A stretch of 64,000 bases of DNA. It comes from Podarcis melisellensis (taxonomy: Eukaryota). Where the stretch lies: NCBI GenBank assembly GCA_964234715.1, contig OZ174279.1; one strand, given 5' to 3'. Made by a program: the position numbers and the translations under genes. Below, piece after piece: positions 12,570 through 24,828 of the stretch. Every line of letters begins with the position of its first letter. Within the stretch, counting starts at the first letter, position 1. Under the pieces are notes generated by a model. The model had not been told where the DNA came from, searched no databases, and was given only the letters and a program-made list of their open reading frames with translations.

Positions 12570-12757
12570 TGTTATTTGGAACAATTAGGCATGTTGTCAG
12601 GTTGCGCAAAGTAAGAGCAGCAAGCAGTGGGAGAAACCAAAGAGGAATCCGTTCAGGGAAATAAAGTTTTGACAATGAGATGCGCTTCCTCTTCTTAGCA
12701 GCACATGTACACAGCAAGGAACTTCAGTAGGGTCTGAAACAACCTGGAAAATAAATA

Positions 12758-13244
12758 CCGTATTTTTCTCCCCATAGGACGCACTTTTCCCCCTCCAAAA
12801 ATGAAGGGGAAATGTGTGTGCGTCCTATGGGGCGAATGCAGGCTTTCGCTGAAGCCTGGAGAGCGAGAGGCATCGGTGCGCACCGACCCCTCTCGCTCTC
12901 CAGGCTTCAGGAAGCTATCTGCAAGCCTGGGGAGCCCGGCGGGAGTTCCCGCGGGCTCACAAGGCTTGTGGGCAGCAGCCTGCAACCCCGGCGAGTGTCC
13001 GCAAGCCTTGCGCACCTGGCGGGAGGTCCCGCCGGGCGCGCGAGGCTTGGGGCGGCAGCCTGCAGCCCGAAGCATGCGGAGCCCTCTGGAGGGTGCCCCG
13101 TGCTTCGGGCAGGTGTGTGCAAGGCTTGGGGCGGCAGCCGCGGCTGGGGGGGGAATGATTTTTTAAAATTCATTTCCCCCCCCCCCAAAAAAACCCTGAG
13201 GTGCGTCCTATGGGCCGGTGCGCCCTATAGGACAAAAAATACGG
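12758..13244. mobile_element. Tc2/pogo-like MITE with GC/CpG-rich core
   Basis: TA|ccgtatttttctccccataggacgcac ... gtgcgccctataggacaaaaaatacgg|TA. Confidence 0.9.
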
Positions 13245-13452
13245 TATGTCTTTTGTCTACTCCGTTGCCTTTTGCTTTTTCTCCCTGTTCTCTTTGGGGG
13301 TTCCCGTTTCTCCTGTGTGCTATCAGGGTTCTCTTACGCTTTTGTCCTGCGGTGTTTTATCGACTCATCGTAGAGCATCAAGAGGCAGCAGCATACTTTG
13401 CGTCAAATTCTGCTGCCAGGTCCCCAAGGAATAGAATTAGGAATACACAAAC

Positions 13453-14876
13453 TGTTGACGGATGTAAAGGAAAGGGGAGGCTTCGCCCTGCCAGATCTGA
13501 AACTATATTACGAAGCATCTTGCCTATGCTGGGTAAAGACATGGATCAATTTGGAGGACAGAGAAGTGCTGGACTTAGAGGGTCACGACAATCGATTCGG
13601 GTGGCACGCCTACTTGTGGCATGGGCGGAGAACGCATAAGGAATTTGGAAATCACATATTTAGGGGCCCACTGATTGAGGTATGGGAAAGGTACAAAGAC
13701 GTGCTAGAACCCAAAACACCCCACTGGCTGTCACCATTAGAAGTTATGTCCGTTAAAAAGACCAACATGAGGGCCAACTGGGCCACATATGAACAACTGT
13801 TAATGAAAGAGGAAGGAAAGTGGAAAATGAGGCCGTACGAGCAGGTCAAGGACCAAGTTTATGATTGGCTGCATTACTTCCAGACAAATGATATGTTTAG
13901 GAAAGATGTCAAAGATAAAGGATATGCTGATAAAAACTCTAGATTCCAAACTGAGATCCTGGAAAATAATATAAAAACTTTGTCTAAAATGTATAATCAG
14001 TTACTGGATTGGAATCTAATTGATGAGGAAGTCAAGTCGGTAATGACACACTGGGCCAAAGATCTTGGCCGTAACATCTACTTCGAAGAATGGGAAAAAC
14101 TTTAGAATCAACATCTTAAGTTTATGGCTTGTGTGACACTTAAGGAGAATCTAATGAAAATGTTCTACCGTTGGTATATGACTCCCGTCAAATTAGCTAG
14201 AATGTATGGATCCTGCAATAAATGCTGGAAGTGCAAGGAAAGAGAGGGGACCTTCTACCACATGTGGTGGGAATGCCAAAAGGTTAAAGGGTTCTGGGAG
14301 AGTGTGTATAATGAAATGAAGAAAATTTTAAGTTATACTTTTGTTAAAAAACCCGAGGCATTCCTGCTGGGACTGGTAGGAAGGGAGATAAAAAGGAAAG
14401 ACTACAAGCTGTTCCAGTATGCAACAACGGCAGCAAGGGTCCTGTTAGCTAAAAATTGGAAATTAGAGGGTTTGCCGACAATTGAGGATTGGAGATCAAC
14501 ATTATTAGACTACGTGGAGATGGATAAAATGACAGGAAAATTAGATATATAAAAGACCAGAGGTTTGTAAAAGATTGGGAAAGTTTTACGAAATATCTGG
14601 AAAACTTAAGCGATGGACAGATAACACTAGTGGGTTTTAAGGGAGCTCTGTAAGAAGCAAAGGGTACTGTCTAAAGAAAAACAGATGAACCAGAATGATC
14701 AATGGCACTACAAGATAAGAAATGCGGAATTATTTGCTTTTATCAATACGGATGATTCGTGGAAAGGTTGAAGGAAGTCACTTTTATAAAATATGTGAGC
14801 ATTAAGTGGATTATTATAGTTTGTTTTGTATTTCGATTTATGTAAACCAATAAAAATTATGCATGGAAAAAAAAAA
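13453..14876 (+). mobile_element. 5'-truncated L1-clade LINE (ORF2 C-terminus, 3'UTR, polyA)
   Basis: ERGGFALPDLKLYY ... KCWKC...GTFYHMWWEC zinc-knuckle motifs; AATAAA at 14849 plus A-tail; perfect 14-bp TSD aggaatacacaaac (13439-13452 / 14877-14890). Confidence 0.93.
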
Positions 14877-15522
14877 AGGAATACACAAACGCACGCACAA
14901 GCATACATGTTTTTAAAAAGGTTAATTATGGCACCATGCCCATTTCCTTGTTTTGCTTTTATTTGTTTACTGCAGTTCATGCCAACTTCACAAATATGTT
15001 CACATCCTTATAGAGGAGCACACACAGCAAAACAAGACGCAGCAAAACTGCAGCCTCCCCAAAACCGCAGTGACGATAAACGCAGCAGCTGCTCAGCCGG
15101 CCTGTAGTCGCAGGGAACTTGTAGTCCCAAAGGAGTCTTGAGCACCACGGTTTCCCTACCTGTCTTTCTGTAGTTCCTTCTGTACGGATGTCCACCTGAG
15201 AAGAAACGTGCTATCAAAAACACAAAACCCCAAAGCCATTCCAGCATGCTTGTTCCTTTGCAGAACTTTCAGAAAAGTGCCGAGACTGCTTTATGTTTAC
15301 GTGCGAGGCGGAAGGTTGTAACACCGCGGGGGGGGAGGGCCACATTGCCTTCTGGGAAGCCTCCCAAGGGCCGCATGCGAGCGGTGGCCAGTGCAGAGAA
15401 AGATGGATTTTTAAATTTTATTTCATCTGGTTGCTGACTGGCAGCAGCTCTATGGGGTTGTCAGGCAACGGTCTCTCCCAGCCCTACCTGCAGATATACC
15501 AGGCATTGCACCTTGACACATA

Positions 15523-15774
15523 CAGTCATGCCTCGGGTGGAAGTAGCTTCAGGTTAAGTATTTTTGGATTGCGCTCCGTGGTGACCTGGAAGTAACAGAG
15601 CATGTTAGTTCTGGGTTTCGCCGCATGCGCAGATGATCAAAATGACATCATACGCATGCGTGGAAGCAGCGAAACGCGACCTGCGCACGCATGGACGCGC
15701 AGTCGCGTTATGTTTACTTCAGGATGCGAACGGTGCTCCGGAACAGATCCCGTTCATATCCAGAGGTACCACTG
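15523..15774. mobile_element. Tigger-like MITE, inserted in an older minus-strand tRNA-SINE (~15430-15790)
   Basis: TA|cagtcatgcctc ... gaggtaccactg|TA. Confidence 0.85.
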
Positions 15775-15790
15775 TACTGCACTACTGAGC

Positions 15791-15791
<1 letters not shown>

Positions 15792-15833
<42 letters not shown>

Positions 15834-15930
15834 GGTTGTTAGCCGCCCTGAGCCCGGCCTTGGCTGGGGAGGGCGGGGTATAAATAAAATTTATTATTAT
15901 TGTTTTTATTACTATTACTATTATTATTAT
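15792..15930 (+). repeat. (TTA)n arrays enclosing a ~55-bp L2 3' terminus
   Basis: gttagccgccctgagcccggccttggctggggagggcggggtataaataaaa matches the L2 3' ends near 2877 and 58226. Confidence 0.8.
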
Positions 15931-15999
15931 CACAGACCTACAGCTGACTGGACTCATGAAGGGGGCGGGTTTTCCGGGGTTAAAAAGTTAAAAAGTTTT

Positions 16000-16207
16000 A
16001 GGCAGCTTCGCTGGGCAGCAGCAGTGGGCGGTGGGCTCCGCTCCGCACTAGGAGGAAGCCGCCCAGCGAAGCCCGCCACCCACTGCCGCTGCCCAGCGAA
16101 GCTGCCGCGTATAAGACTGGGCGTATAAGTCGACCCCCCAAATTGGCAGCTGCCAATTTGGGGGGTCGTCTTATACGCCCAGTCGCCTGATACGCCGGAA
16201 TCTACGG
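16000..16207. mobile_element. One-ended Tc2/pogo-like MITE remnant with long palindromes
   Basis: Right end acgccggaatctacgg|TA matches the complete copy at 59561-59836; left TIR missing. Confidence 0.8.
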
Positions 16208-16473
16208 TAGCTTTTGTGCGTACAGGCTTGTTGCAGCTATATGACTAAGCCATGCCTATGTTCTTGCATCCTCTCAGTTTCTTTGCAATCACGTGGATAT
16301 ATGATTGCAACTCCCCTCCCTTTTAATGACATTTTAGCTTGGGAACACTGGAGCTGTGAATTTTAATTCTCTGTTCCCGTTACTGTTGCTAAATAATCTT
16401 GAAAGCCCCCGGGGGAAAGCTTGTCTGACAGATAAAGTTAAATTTATTTTGGGTCTTCTGATTTTTATATCCT

Positions 16474-16523
16474 GTCGTCGTCGTCTTCTTCTTCTTCTTC
16501 TTCTTCTTCTTCTTCTTCTTCTT

Positions 16524-16553
<30 letters not shown>
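16474..16553. repeat. (GTC)n(TTC)n microsatellite
   Basis: Seen directly. Confidence 0.95.
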
Positions 16554-16554
<1 letters not shown>

Positions 16555-18420
16555 TTCACTGAGCTTTGAATGGCAAATGTTATATGTTTTGGGTCATGTG
16601 GTTTAATCTCATCATAGCTACATTCCCCAAGTGCTTCAGACATTAATATCAGGGCTATTCTTTCCCCCCCCTGCACCCCCCCTTAAAGCCTAAATGACAT
16701 TCTATTTCTAGTGCTAATATTAGCAAGCAATAAACGGCTTGTTTGACATCAGCCCAGGAGCTGAACTGAATGTAATACGGACTCCAGCGCACACATAAGC
16801 ACTGCTTTCCATATCCCCGAGACCACTGGACTGATCTTTGCCGTCCGGGTGTCATTGGATATTCTGTGGCACAGTGACACAGCTGAGGGGTTTTTAATTT
16901 CATGTGGGTTGCTCAGGGACCTCCGGTTCCAGATTCGAAAGACGTCGAAAAGACTTCTAAGGATTCAGCTGAGCCGGGTCAGCATGTTCCTGACATGAGA
17001 GCAGTTGGTGGCAGCCAACAGAGCCAGGACTTGGGGACCTCTGTTGACATCAGGGCTTGACCACCCAGCAAGGGAGGAGAAAAGAGGGAGGGGGAATCTT
17101 TGGACAAAATCCCCCAAAAGTATAGTGGCAAATTCAGATGTACTGGACCCCTTCCTGACAGTCGCAATTGTAAGATTATGCAACCTTCTAAAGATTATAC
17201 AACAATTCTATAACCATACAATTATAATAATTGCAGGTGCATTGCAGATCTTCATGCGTCAGCTTTTAGCCGTACCTACTGTTTTCTGCACACGCACACA
17301 GGCAAATGACTTGGAGTGCTCCAATATCTTTTGGTTTTCCGTGAAGTTGCATTGTACATAACAGAACTTGCACGCGCCGTTCTCTTGAAACTGAAGCACA
17401 CCTTGCAACTGAGCGTTCAGAGGCTAAAAAGCTGCCCTTTCTGGCTGATTGCTTGGCTCTCGGATGCTCTCGGAGACAGGGACCCTGCCAGGGACTGGGC
17501 TGCAGAAATAGTAAAAAACCAGGTTTTTGACCCCGTCACCATGGCTTACGCTTCTTCCATTGTCATGTCCAGACAGGGATGCGGGGAAGAGGCGTGCGTA
17601 TCTCCCCTTCTGCGAAAATGAATTTTCTTTGTGCGGACAAAACACTTGCTTTGCTACAAGAGACCTGTGCCTATCACTGTCCACCCCTTTCCCCAGATTC
17701 ATCACACTTCACTTATCAACGTTTCAAGCGGATGTCTGAAGCTGCCCAGAGAGAGAAAGAGGTGTGCTTCGTTTTTAAAATAAAAATAAAAATGCTGCTT
17801 TTGATGGTTGTTCTTGTTTTGGATGGCATTTTCCCATTTTATTTGTAAATGTCCTGGAAACAAGGACACCATAAAATTTCTATATTGTTTTGCAAAACAT
17901 ATGGCACACCTCATCCAGTTGTGACCCCTCCTCTCCTGCTGCGAGAAACTCCAAATGCTTACTGGAATCCTTGGTCATCAAACACAGGTCGGAGAAAATC
18001 TATTTCTCTATATCTGTATTGTACCTCCGCCTCGCTGGATTCATGGGGATTTAGTGGAGCTGGCACCAGTTTGCTATTGCTGGTCACCAACTTGAGTCCA
18101 ACATTCTCTTTGCTGGCATGAATTGCTGGGAGAGTTAAAGCCTTGTGTGCTTTTGCCACAAGGCTCATCATGTTTTGCCGCCTGAGGCAGAACAAGGAAG
18201 GTCCCCCTCCATCCAAAGCCTTTTGGGATCACGTGATGGCGGTCTCTGGCGAGTCACGAGGTCTTGCCAGAAGTTGTCGCTGGGGGCAGGAGGGGAACCT
18301 GTTGGGGCGCTGTCCCAAGGGATTCACACACACACACACACACACACACACGATGTGGCATCTTCAGTGCCTCATATGCCGGCCAGCTCAGTTCGCCATT
18401 GAATTCAGCAAGGGAGAGTA

Positions 18421-18696
18421 CAGTGGTGCCTCGCAAGACGAAAAACTCGCTAGACGAAAGAGTTTTCCGTTTTTGAGGTGCTTCGCAAGACGAATTTCTC
18501 TATGGGCTTGCTTCGCAAGACGAAAACGTCTTGTGAGTTCTTGTGAGTTTTTTCCCTCCCCCCTTTTTCTAAGCCGCTAATAGCCCCTAATAGCGCTAAT
18601 CCGCTATGCCGCTAATGGCCGTGCTTCGCAAGACGAAAAACCACTAGACGAAGAGACTCGCGGAACGAATTATTTTCGTCTTGCGAGGCACCACTG
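18421..18696. mobile_element. Tigger-like MITE, same termini as 4002-4680, opposite orientation
   Basis: TA|cagtggtgcctcgcaagacgaaaa ... ttttcgtcttgcgaggcaccactg|TA. Confidence 0.92.
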
Positions 18697-19841
18697 TAAA
18701 TATCAGTGTTAGAAACAGGGCGCCGAAACAAAATGTCTAGTCACATTAAAAATAAATCCAGCAACACTTTTAATCTTTTTTTTTAAAAAAAGCATGAATT
18801 AAAGATGTGCCTTTGTGTTGCTGCATGAGCCAGGTGATCTGCAGGGCACCTGCACCAAAAGATGCCCATCTTTGGGTGCTGCGCTGTCCCGTAGATCAGC
18901 TGACCGGTGCGGCATTGCAGCCGCAGCAGCCAGCCAGATGCAGACGTTAGGCGCAAAACCTGGCAACAACCAGGCATCTCCGCTTCCACGCAAGAGGCCG
19001 GTTGCGCATTGCAAAACACGCCTTGCGTCTGGCTGATTTCGAACGCTGGTAAATTTGTACAGCGGGACAGAAACTGATGAAAGGAGGAGGGTTTTTAAAA
19101 GGTGGGAGGTGGAGGAGTTTAGAAGTTGGGTGGGTATTTTGAGATGAGCCTGCAGGGTGGGAAGATAAACAGGAAAAGATTGGGGTAGTCAATAGAGTTC
19201 AGGTCTGTGAGTGAAGAGAGGGATTGAGGGAGAGAAACCCCCTTTATATATTATAGTTTGCATGGTGTTGCAATGGATTGGCCTCTGCCATGCAAGGCAG
19301 CTGTGGTTCCTTAGCCCTATCCCACCTTCTGGGCAAAGCATGTAGGCTTTCCACTGCAGGCATCCCAACCAAATGCAAGGATATTAGAGATGGAGCTGAA
19401 GAGCTGCACCCCTTTTCTCAGGGAGCTCTGGGAATTGTAGCTTCGTGTAAGGAATTAGGGACTTCTAGCAACTCTCCGCCCCCTTAAGAAACTACAGTTC
19501 TCAGCCTACAATTCGATTCTTATTTAAATGCATAGTGCAGATGGAGCCTAAGCGTGGGGGGACGGGGACACACATCCATTGGTGTGCCCCGCCTCATCAT
19601 GCAAAAAAAGTGAGGACTCTTATGAGATGGGGGGGGGGAAAGGAAGGGTTGGTAGCAGAAAATGAAGAAATTACAAAAAACGTGCTATAAAGCAAAACAG
19701 TGAGTTAAAATCCAGTCAGATAGATTTCTGTGTTTAGCAATGTGTTAAATTCTGAAAATTGTAGAATGACCCCCTCCCTCCAATTGTGATTTTGAGTTGT
19801 AACCCACTCCCCAATCCAACTGTTTATCCCAGCAACATATT

Positions 19842-20067
19842 CAGTGGTACCTTGGGTTAAGAACTTAATCCGTTCTGGAGGTCTGTTCTTAACCTGAAAC
19901 TGTTTTGAACCTGAAGCACCACTTTAGCTAATGGGGCCTCCCGCTGCTGCTGCACCGCCACCACGCGATTTCTGTTCTCATCCTGAAGAATAGTTCTTAA
20001 CCTGAGGTAATATTTCTGGGTTAGTGGAGTCTGTAACCCGAAGCGTATGTAACCCGAGGTACCACTG
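19842..20067. mobile_element. Tigger-like MITE (ttaacctgaa family)
   Basis: cagtggtaccttgggtta ... taacccgaggtaccactg|TA; family members at 22639, 31679, 44078, 46035, 55101. Confidence 0.9.
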
Positions 20068-20069
20068 TA

Positions 20070-20309
20070 CGGTGGTACCTCTGGATGCAAACGGGATGCG
20101 TTCCGGAGCCCTGTTCGCATCCTGAAGCGAACTCAACCTGCGCATGTGCGGGTCGCGATTTGCTGCTTTTGCACGTGATGTCATTTTGAGCGTCTGCGCA
20201 TGCGTGAGCAGCGAAACCCGGAAGTAACGCGCTCCATTACTTCCGGGTCGCCGCGGAGCGTAACCTGAAAACGCTGAACTTGAAGCACATTTAACCCGCG
20301 ATATGACTG
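20070..20309. mobile_element. Tigger-like MITE (GCGCATGCG-core family), abutting the previous one
   Basis: TA|cggtggtacctc ... gcgatatgactg|TA. Confidence 0.88.
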
Positions 20310-22638
20310 TACACGGCTGGTTCTCGGAGCTGAAATGTTTGCAGTTTTTAAGTGCGGTTTAATCTGGGGCTACATCACCTCCCCCAGTTCTGTTTCATTT
20401 CAATTTTCAGAGTGCAGAAGACCAACTCATTTGCAGCGGAGAGATCTGCCCCCCCCCCCAAGTTGCTGTGTTGTTTCCATTACGGTGTTTTCTTGCGGAG
20501 CTTTTCCATTTTCAGCCTTCCTTCTTTCAGAGACGGTAGTTAGTATTCAACAGAACACCTGCCTTGGAAAACATTTGGCAGCTTCCATGCACTCGGCAGA
20601 GAAAATCTGAAAAGCAGGGTTGGAGAGGGAAACCGATTTCTTATTTGCAACCTAGAAACTGCCTGGGCTGGTAAAATCCAAAGCCCTTGGGAATAACAGT
20701 TGTAGGAAGAAATCAAGCTTAATAACATGGAAGTATGCCAGCTTTATTTGCGTTTAGAATAGTTCAGTCCCTTCCCCCTCCTATTCTGCAAATGGAGACA
20801 CACAGTTCCTGCCTGCGTCTCCTCCCATGACACAGTTGTCTGTTTCCATTCCTGCTTTCTGACGCTGCCAGCGCTGCCTCGCCGAACATGCATGTATTGC
20901 ACACCGCCAGGAATCTCGGCAGGGATATAAGATGAGGGCTGCCACCCAGTGATCTCTGTATTTATGCATTTACTCTATTTATAAATAAGGCCACCCAGTA
21001 AAATTACATCTCCCAAGCAGTGCAGAGCAAAAACTCGGTTGAAGAATATGGTATCATAAAGTTGTCAATAGCGCAAGTATTCACGTAGAGAACTGTTCTC
21101 ATGGACATATCTCAGAGATATTTGAGCTGTTTGGGCTTTGAGATACTGAGTTGCACATACCATTATTATTTTGGCATTGTGTAGAGCTGCCATACATCCG
21201 GAATGTCCCAGACATAGATGGGATTCGCCCGTCAAAAATGGCGTCCGGGTGGAGTTGGTGAAAATGGCTAAAATGCCTGGACATATGGCAGCCCATATCG
21301 GAAGTGTTGGCGGTATTTTTGGCAATTCCCCCCCATAAACTTAATTTTTATTGGAGATTTTGCAAAGAAAAAAGCTCAACAACTTTGCCTCCCCCCAAAA
21401 AAAAAATCCTAGCAGTGTATCTATTATTAAGATGCCATGTGTTAAAGTGCCGTACAGTCATGTGACCAGTCGTAAATTAACGTGGTAGAAAGGGTGGTGA
21501 CCAGCTCAGCCCAGCACTAAGCCCCACTTGCGACTGGAGTGCAGTTTGGAACTGGCATATTTCATGCCGTCTTAATTTAAGTTGGCATAACGTACATTGG
21601 CTTTGGATTGCTCCCTAAATATTGGTATTGTTGAGGGCGCGTGAAGGCAGCTGAAATAACTCCGTAATGTGAATCAACAGACAAAGGCCTTTGCAAAGAA
21701 TGCTGAAAATAATAAGTGGAGGGAAGGAATTATTCGTTGTTGGTTTTTGCATCCCCCAAAATGTTGGCGGCGGGAAGTAATTTGTTTCTGGATCTGCCCT
21801 AACTCCTATTCCAACTTCACAAGGAATTTGCACTCCAGAACTGTGCTTAATATTCCAGAGGCGTACTCCACAACAAGATAGTTGCACATAAAGCATATCT
21901 CTTTATAACTTTTAACGCTAACTGCACAGCCTTATGGGAGTCCACTGATTGAATATAGAGCAGTATCTTATTAACCTCTGGCTCAGATAAACCATTTAAA
22001 TAAATACCTTAATATAAAGTCATTAAAAAGATATTTTTAGCTCAGCAGCCTTTAGCCATTAAAGAAACTTGAATGCGGATTGTATTTACTGTGTTTTCCT
22101 TATTTCAAAGGGCACAAGAAAAGACAGGGCCAAATGGCAATGTATGCCTTTTCAATGGAAAATATGTTATTTGCGTGCTATAAGGAATTCCATTGTTTTC
22201 AGAATCACTGGTGGGCAGGTGCTGGGTGAAGCAACAATTGGGGAAAACACAAGTGGCATCTAAAAATTTGGAACTGGAAGTTAGAAATGTCAAATGTTTC
22301 TTAAAGTTGGTGCAGGACCGACTTGAAATGTGGTATTGATTGTAAACAGTTAAAATCGTAAGGATTGGAATAACACTTGTAGTTTAATGGTGAGTTTTGG
22401 ATATAATAGAGATGTAAAAGATTTGGATCATCGTAAAAGCTGCCGAAGGAAATGGTTAATAATAGGACCCACAAAGGGGACAAGGGAAGTCCAGGAGATT
22501 CTTTAGAATCTTGTTTTTATTATGTATGTTGGATATGTGATTGTGTTGTTTTTTTTAATGTGTTGATGCTAGGGCTGGGCAATGTCAGCTTTTCAACATC
22601 GCAGTGCTTTGCGAGCCAAACACTGTGGTTTGGCAATA

Positions 22639-22869
22639 CAGTGGTACCTTGGGATAAGTACTTAATTCGATCCGGAGGTCCGTTCTTAACCTGAAACTGT
22701 ACTTAACCTGAAGCACCACTTTAGCTAATGGGACCTCCCGCTGCCGGAGCACAATTTCTGTTCTCATCCTGAAGCAAAGTTCTTAACCTGAAGCACTATT
22801 TTTGGGTTAGCAGAGTCTGTGACCTGAAGCGGATGTAACCTGAAGCGGATGTAACCTGAGGTACCACTG
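22639..22869. mobile_element. Tigger-like MITE (nested)
   Basis: TA|cagtggtacc ... ggtaccactg|TG. Confidence 0.9.
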
Positions 22870-22873
22870 TGTA

Positions 22874-23106
22874 CAGTCATACCTCAGGATGAATAGGCTT
22901 CAGGTTGAGCATTTGCGGGTTGCGCTCTGCAGTGACCCGGAAGTAACGGAACGTGTTACTTCCAGGTTTCTCTGCTTGCACAGACGCTCAAAATGACGTC
23001 ACGCACATGTGTGGAAGCGGCGAGACATGCAGACGTGTGTTACGTTCGCTTCAGGATGTGAACGGGGCTCCAGAACAGATCCCGTTCTCATCCTGAGGTA
23101 CCACTG
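22874..23106. mobile_element. Tigger-like MITE (nested)
   Basis: TA|cagtcatacctcaggatga ... tcatcctgaggtaccactg|TA. Confidence 0.9.
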
Positions 23107-23774
23107 TACCACGATTTTGAAAAAAAAACAAGCTGCTTTGGCCTCTGCCTGCGAAGGACCTGGTGAAACCTGCCCCAGCTCTCACTTCGGGAACTGAGGC
23201 GGCTTCACCCAGGCAATCACAGACTGGGACAATGCAGCTTGTTTGCGCAGCTCAGCTGGGGATCAGGAAGGTTCCCCCTCCTCAGCTGAGACAGCCCCAG
23301 CGCTCATGCCACTCACGGGCAAGCGGGCAGTGCATAGGGTCTCCTTTAACAGCTCGCTGCGGGGAGCGCCAACTGCGCTCGCTCTCAGCTGAGCAGTTTC
23401 ACGGAGCGCCACCGGCTCATGGGAGCCAGTGCCGGACTGGGGGCTCCTTTAACTGTTCATTTGAGGTAAGGGCAGCTGCACACTCCTCAGTCAAGCAGTT
23501 TATAGATGCAGAGGGAGGAACAAGCTGTATCGGCGGCTGTTTCTCCCTCTGCATCGTATGAGGGCAGTGTTCAGTGGTGGTTTCCCTCAGCGATATATCT
23601 TCCACTGAAACTGCCCCTTCTCCTGAGTCCCTCCACTAGCAGCGGCGCTGGAGGAAAGAACTCTAGCAGACACCGCTAGCAGAGGGACTCGGGAGCGGTG
23701 GCACTTACACCAGCGATATACTAGTGAGTGAAGCCGCCATTGTGGTCTGCTCCTCCTACCAGTCCCGGGCGATA

Positions 23775-24034
23775 CAGTCGTACCTTGGTTGTCAAACACA
23801 ATCCGTTCCGGAAGTTGGTTTGACTTCCGAAAACGTTCGACCACCAGGGCACGGCTTCCAGTTGGCTGCAGGAAGCTCTAATCAGAAGTCACGGCAGTTG
23901 TGTTGGATGTTTGGGTTCCAAAGAAACTTCACAAACCAGAATGCTCACTTCCGGGTTTGCGGCATTCGGGAGCCAAGCGTTTTTGAGTCTGAAGCGTATG
24001 TAACCTGAAGCGTATGTAACCTGAGGTACTACTG
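23775..24034. mobile_element. Tigger-like MITE (nested, possibly chimeric)
   Basis: TA|cagtcgtacct ... aggtactactg|TA. Confidence 0.8.
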
Positions 24035-24828
24035 TATATCGATATATCGCCCAGGCCTATTTGATGCCTAGGAGTTGGATATGTTTTTCATTCTGTGCTA
24101 TAGACACATTATAGGAGCACATGTATGCTTGGTGGTTGAATTTTTCTTCCTTTCCCCCCTAAATCTTAACACAGAAATCCATTTAAATTACTATTGGATT
24201 ACTAATACTAAACAACAGCACACTGATAGTTCCAGTTGTCAGCTCCAGGTCTCCCCGCTTGCCCTCTCTGTGGAACCCTTCGCATTTCACCTCAATTTCG
24301 GCATGCTCAGAACTTATGCATTCTTATTTCAATATCATTCATAGTGGGAGGGGCTGTGATTTAATGGTATAGCAGATGCATGGCCTGCATAAGGTCGTGG
24401 GCTCAATCCTTGGCATTTCTAGTTGGCAAAATAAAAAATAGAAGAAATGGTGGGGAGTCAGTTGGTAGATAGTGTGGAAGAACTCAGCTTATGACGTGTG
24501 TGTGTGAGAGAGACCAAATTAATCCTCCTGATGTATATTGTGCTCTAGGAGGCTTAGTTTGGTCAGAATCGAGTACACACTTCCAGAGTTAACACCAAAT
24601 ACAATACTTCTGGAAAATGAGGCACCATAGCTGCCCGAGGGCCATGAAAATTTGTGTCCCGGGCCTTTTAGACTTGGCTACCCATTTACTATCTGAAACC
24701 AGATGTGGAATATATAGGTGTTATTTTCATCTCTTCTACCTCACTGTTTTGAAAACTGTAAATCGTAAGCAGCTGAAATTTCGGGACCCTTTTATTACTA
24801 TGCTGGTGACAACGTCCTAGAATGGGCT

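Larger units (their letters stand above)
22570..24059. mobile_element. hAT-like non-autonomous element hosting three nested MITEs
   Basis: TIRs tagggctgggc / gcccaggccta; 8-bp TSD gttgatgc (22562-22569) / tttgatgc (24060-24067). Confidence 0.8.

Noticed and set aside
12695-13639. Overlapping long ORFs (275, 126, 121 aa) as a novel gene or CpG-island promoter
   Set aside because: They arise from the GC-rich core of a TA-flanked MITE and run into an L1; no recognisable domain.
13398-14552. 235-aa and 142-aa ORFs as host genes
   Set aside because: They are the C-terminus of L1 ORF2 in a truncated copy with TSD and polyA.
16356-16676. Poly-Leu/poly-Lys, poly-Tyr, ER- and HT-repeat ORFs here and elsewhere
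   Set aside because: These are translations of microsatellites.
21180-21420. Possible DNA transposon remnant (gagctgccatacatccgg ... ggacatatggcagccc)
   Set aside because: An inverted repeat is hinted, but ends and TSD could not be fixed with confidence.
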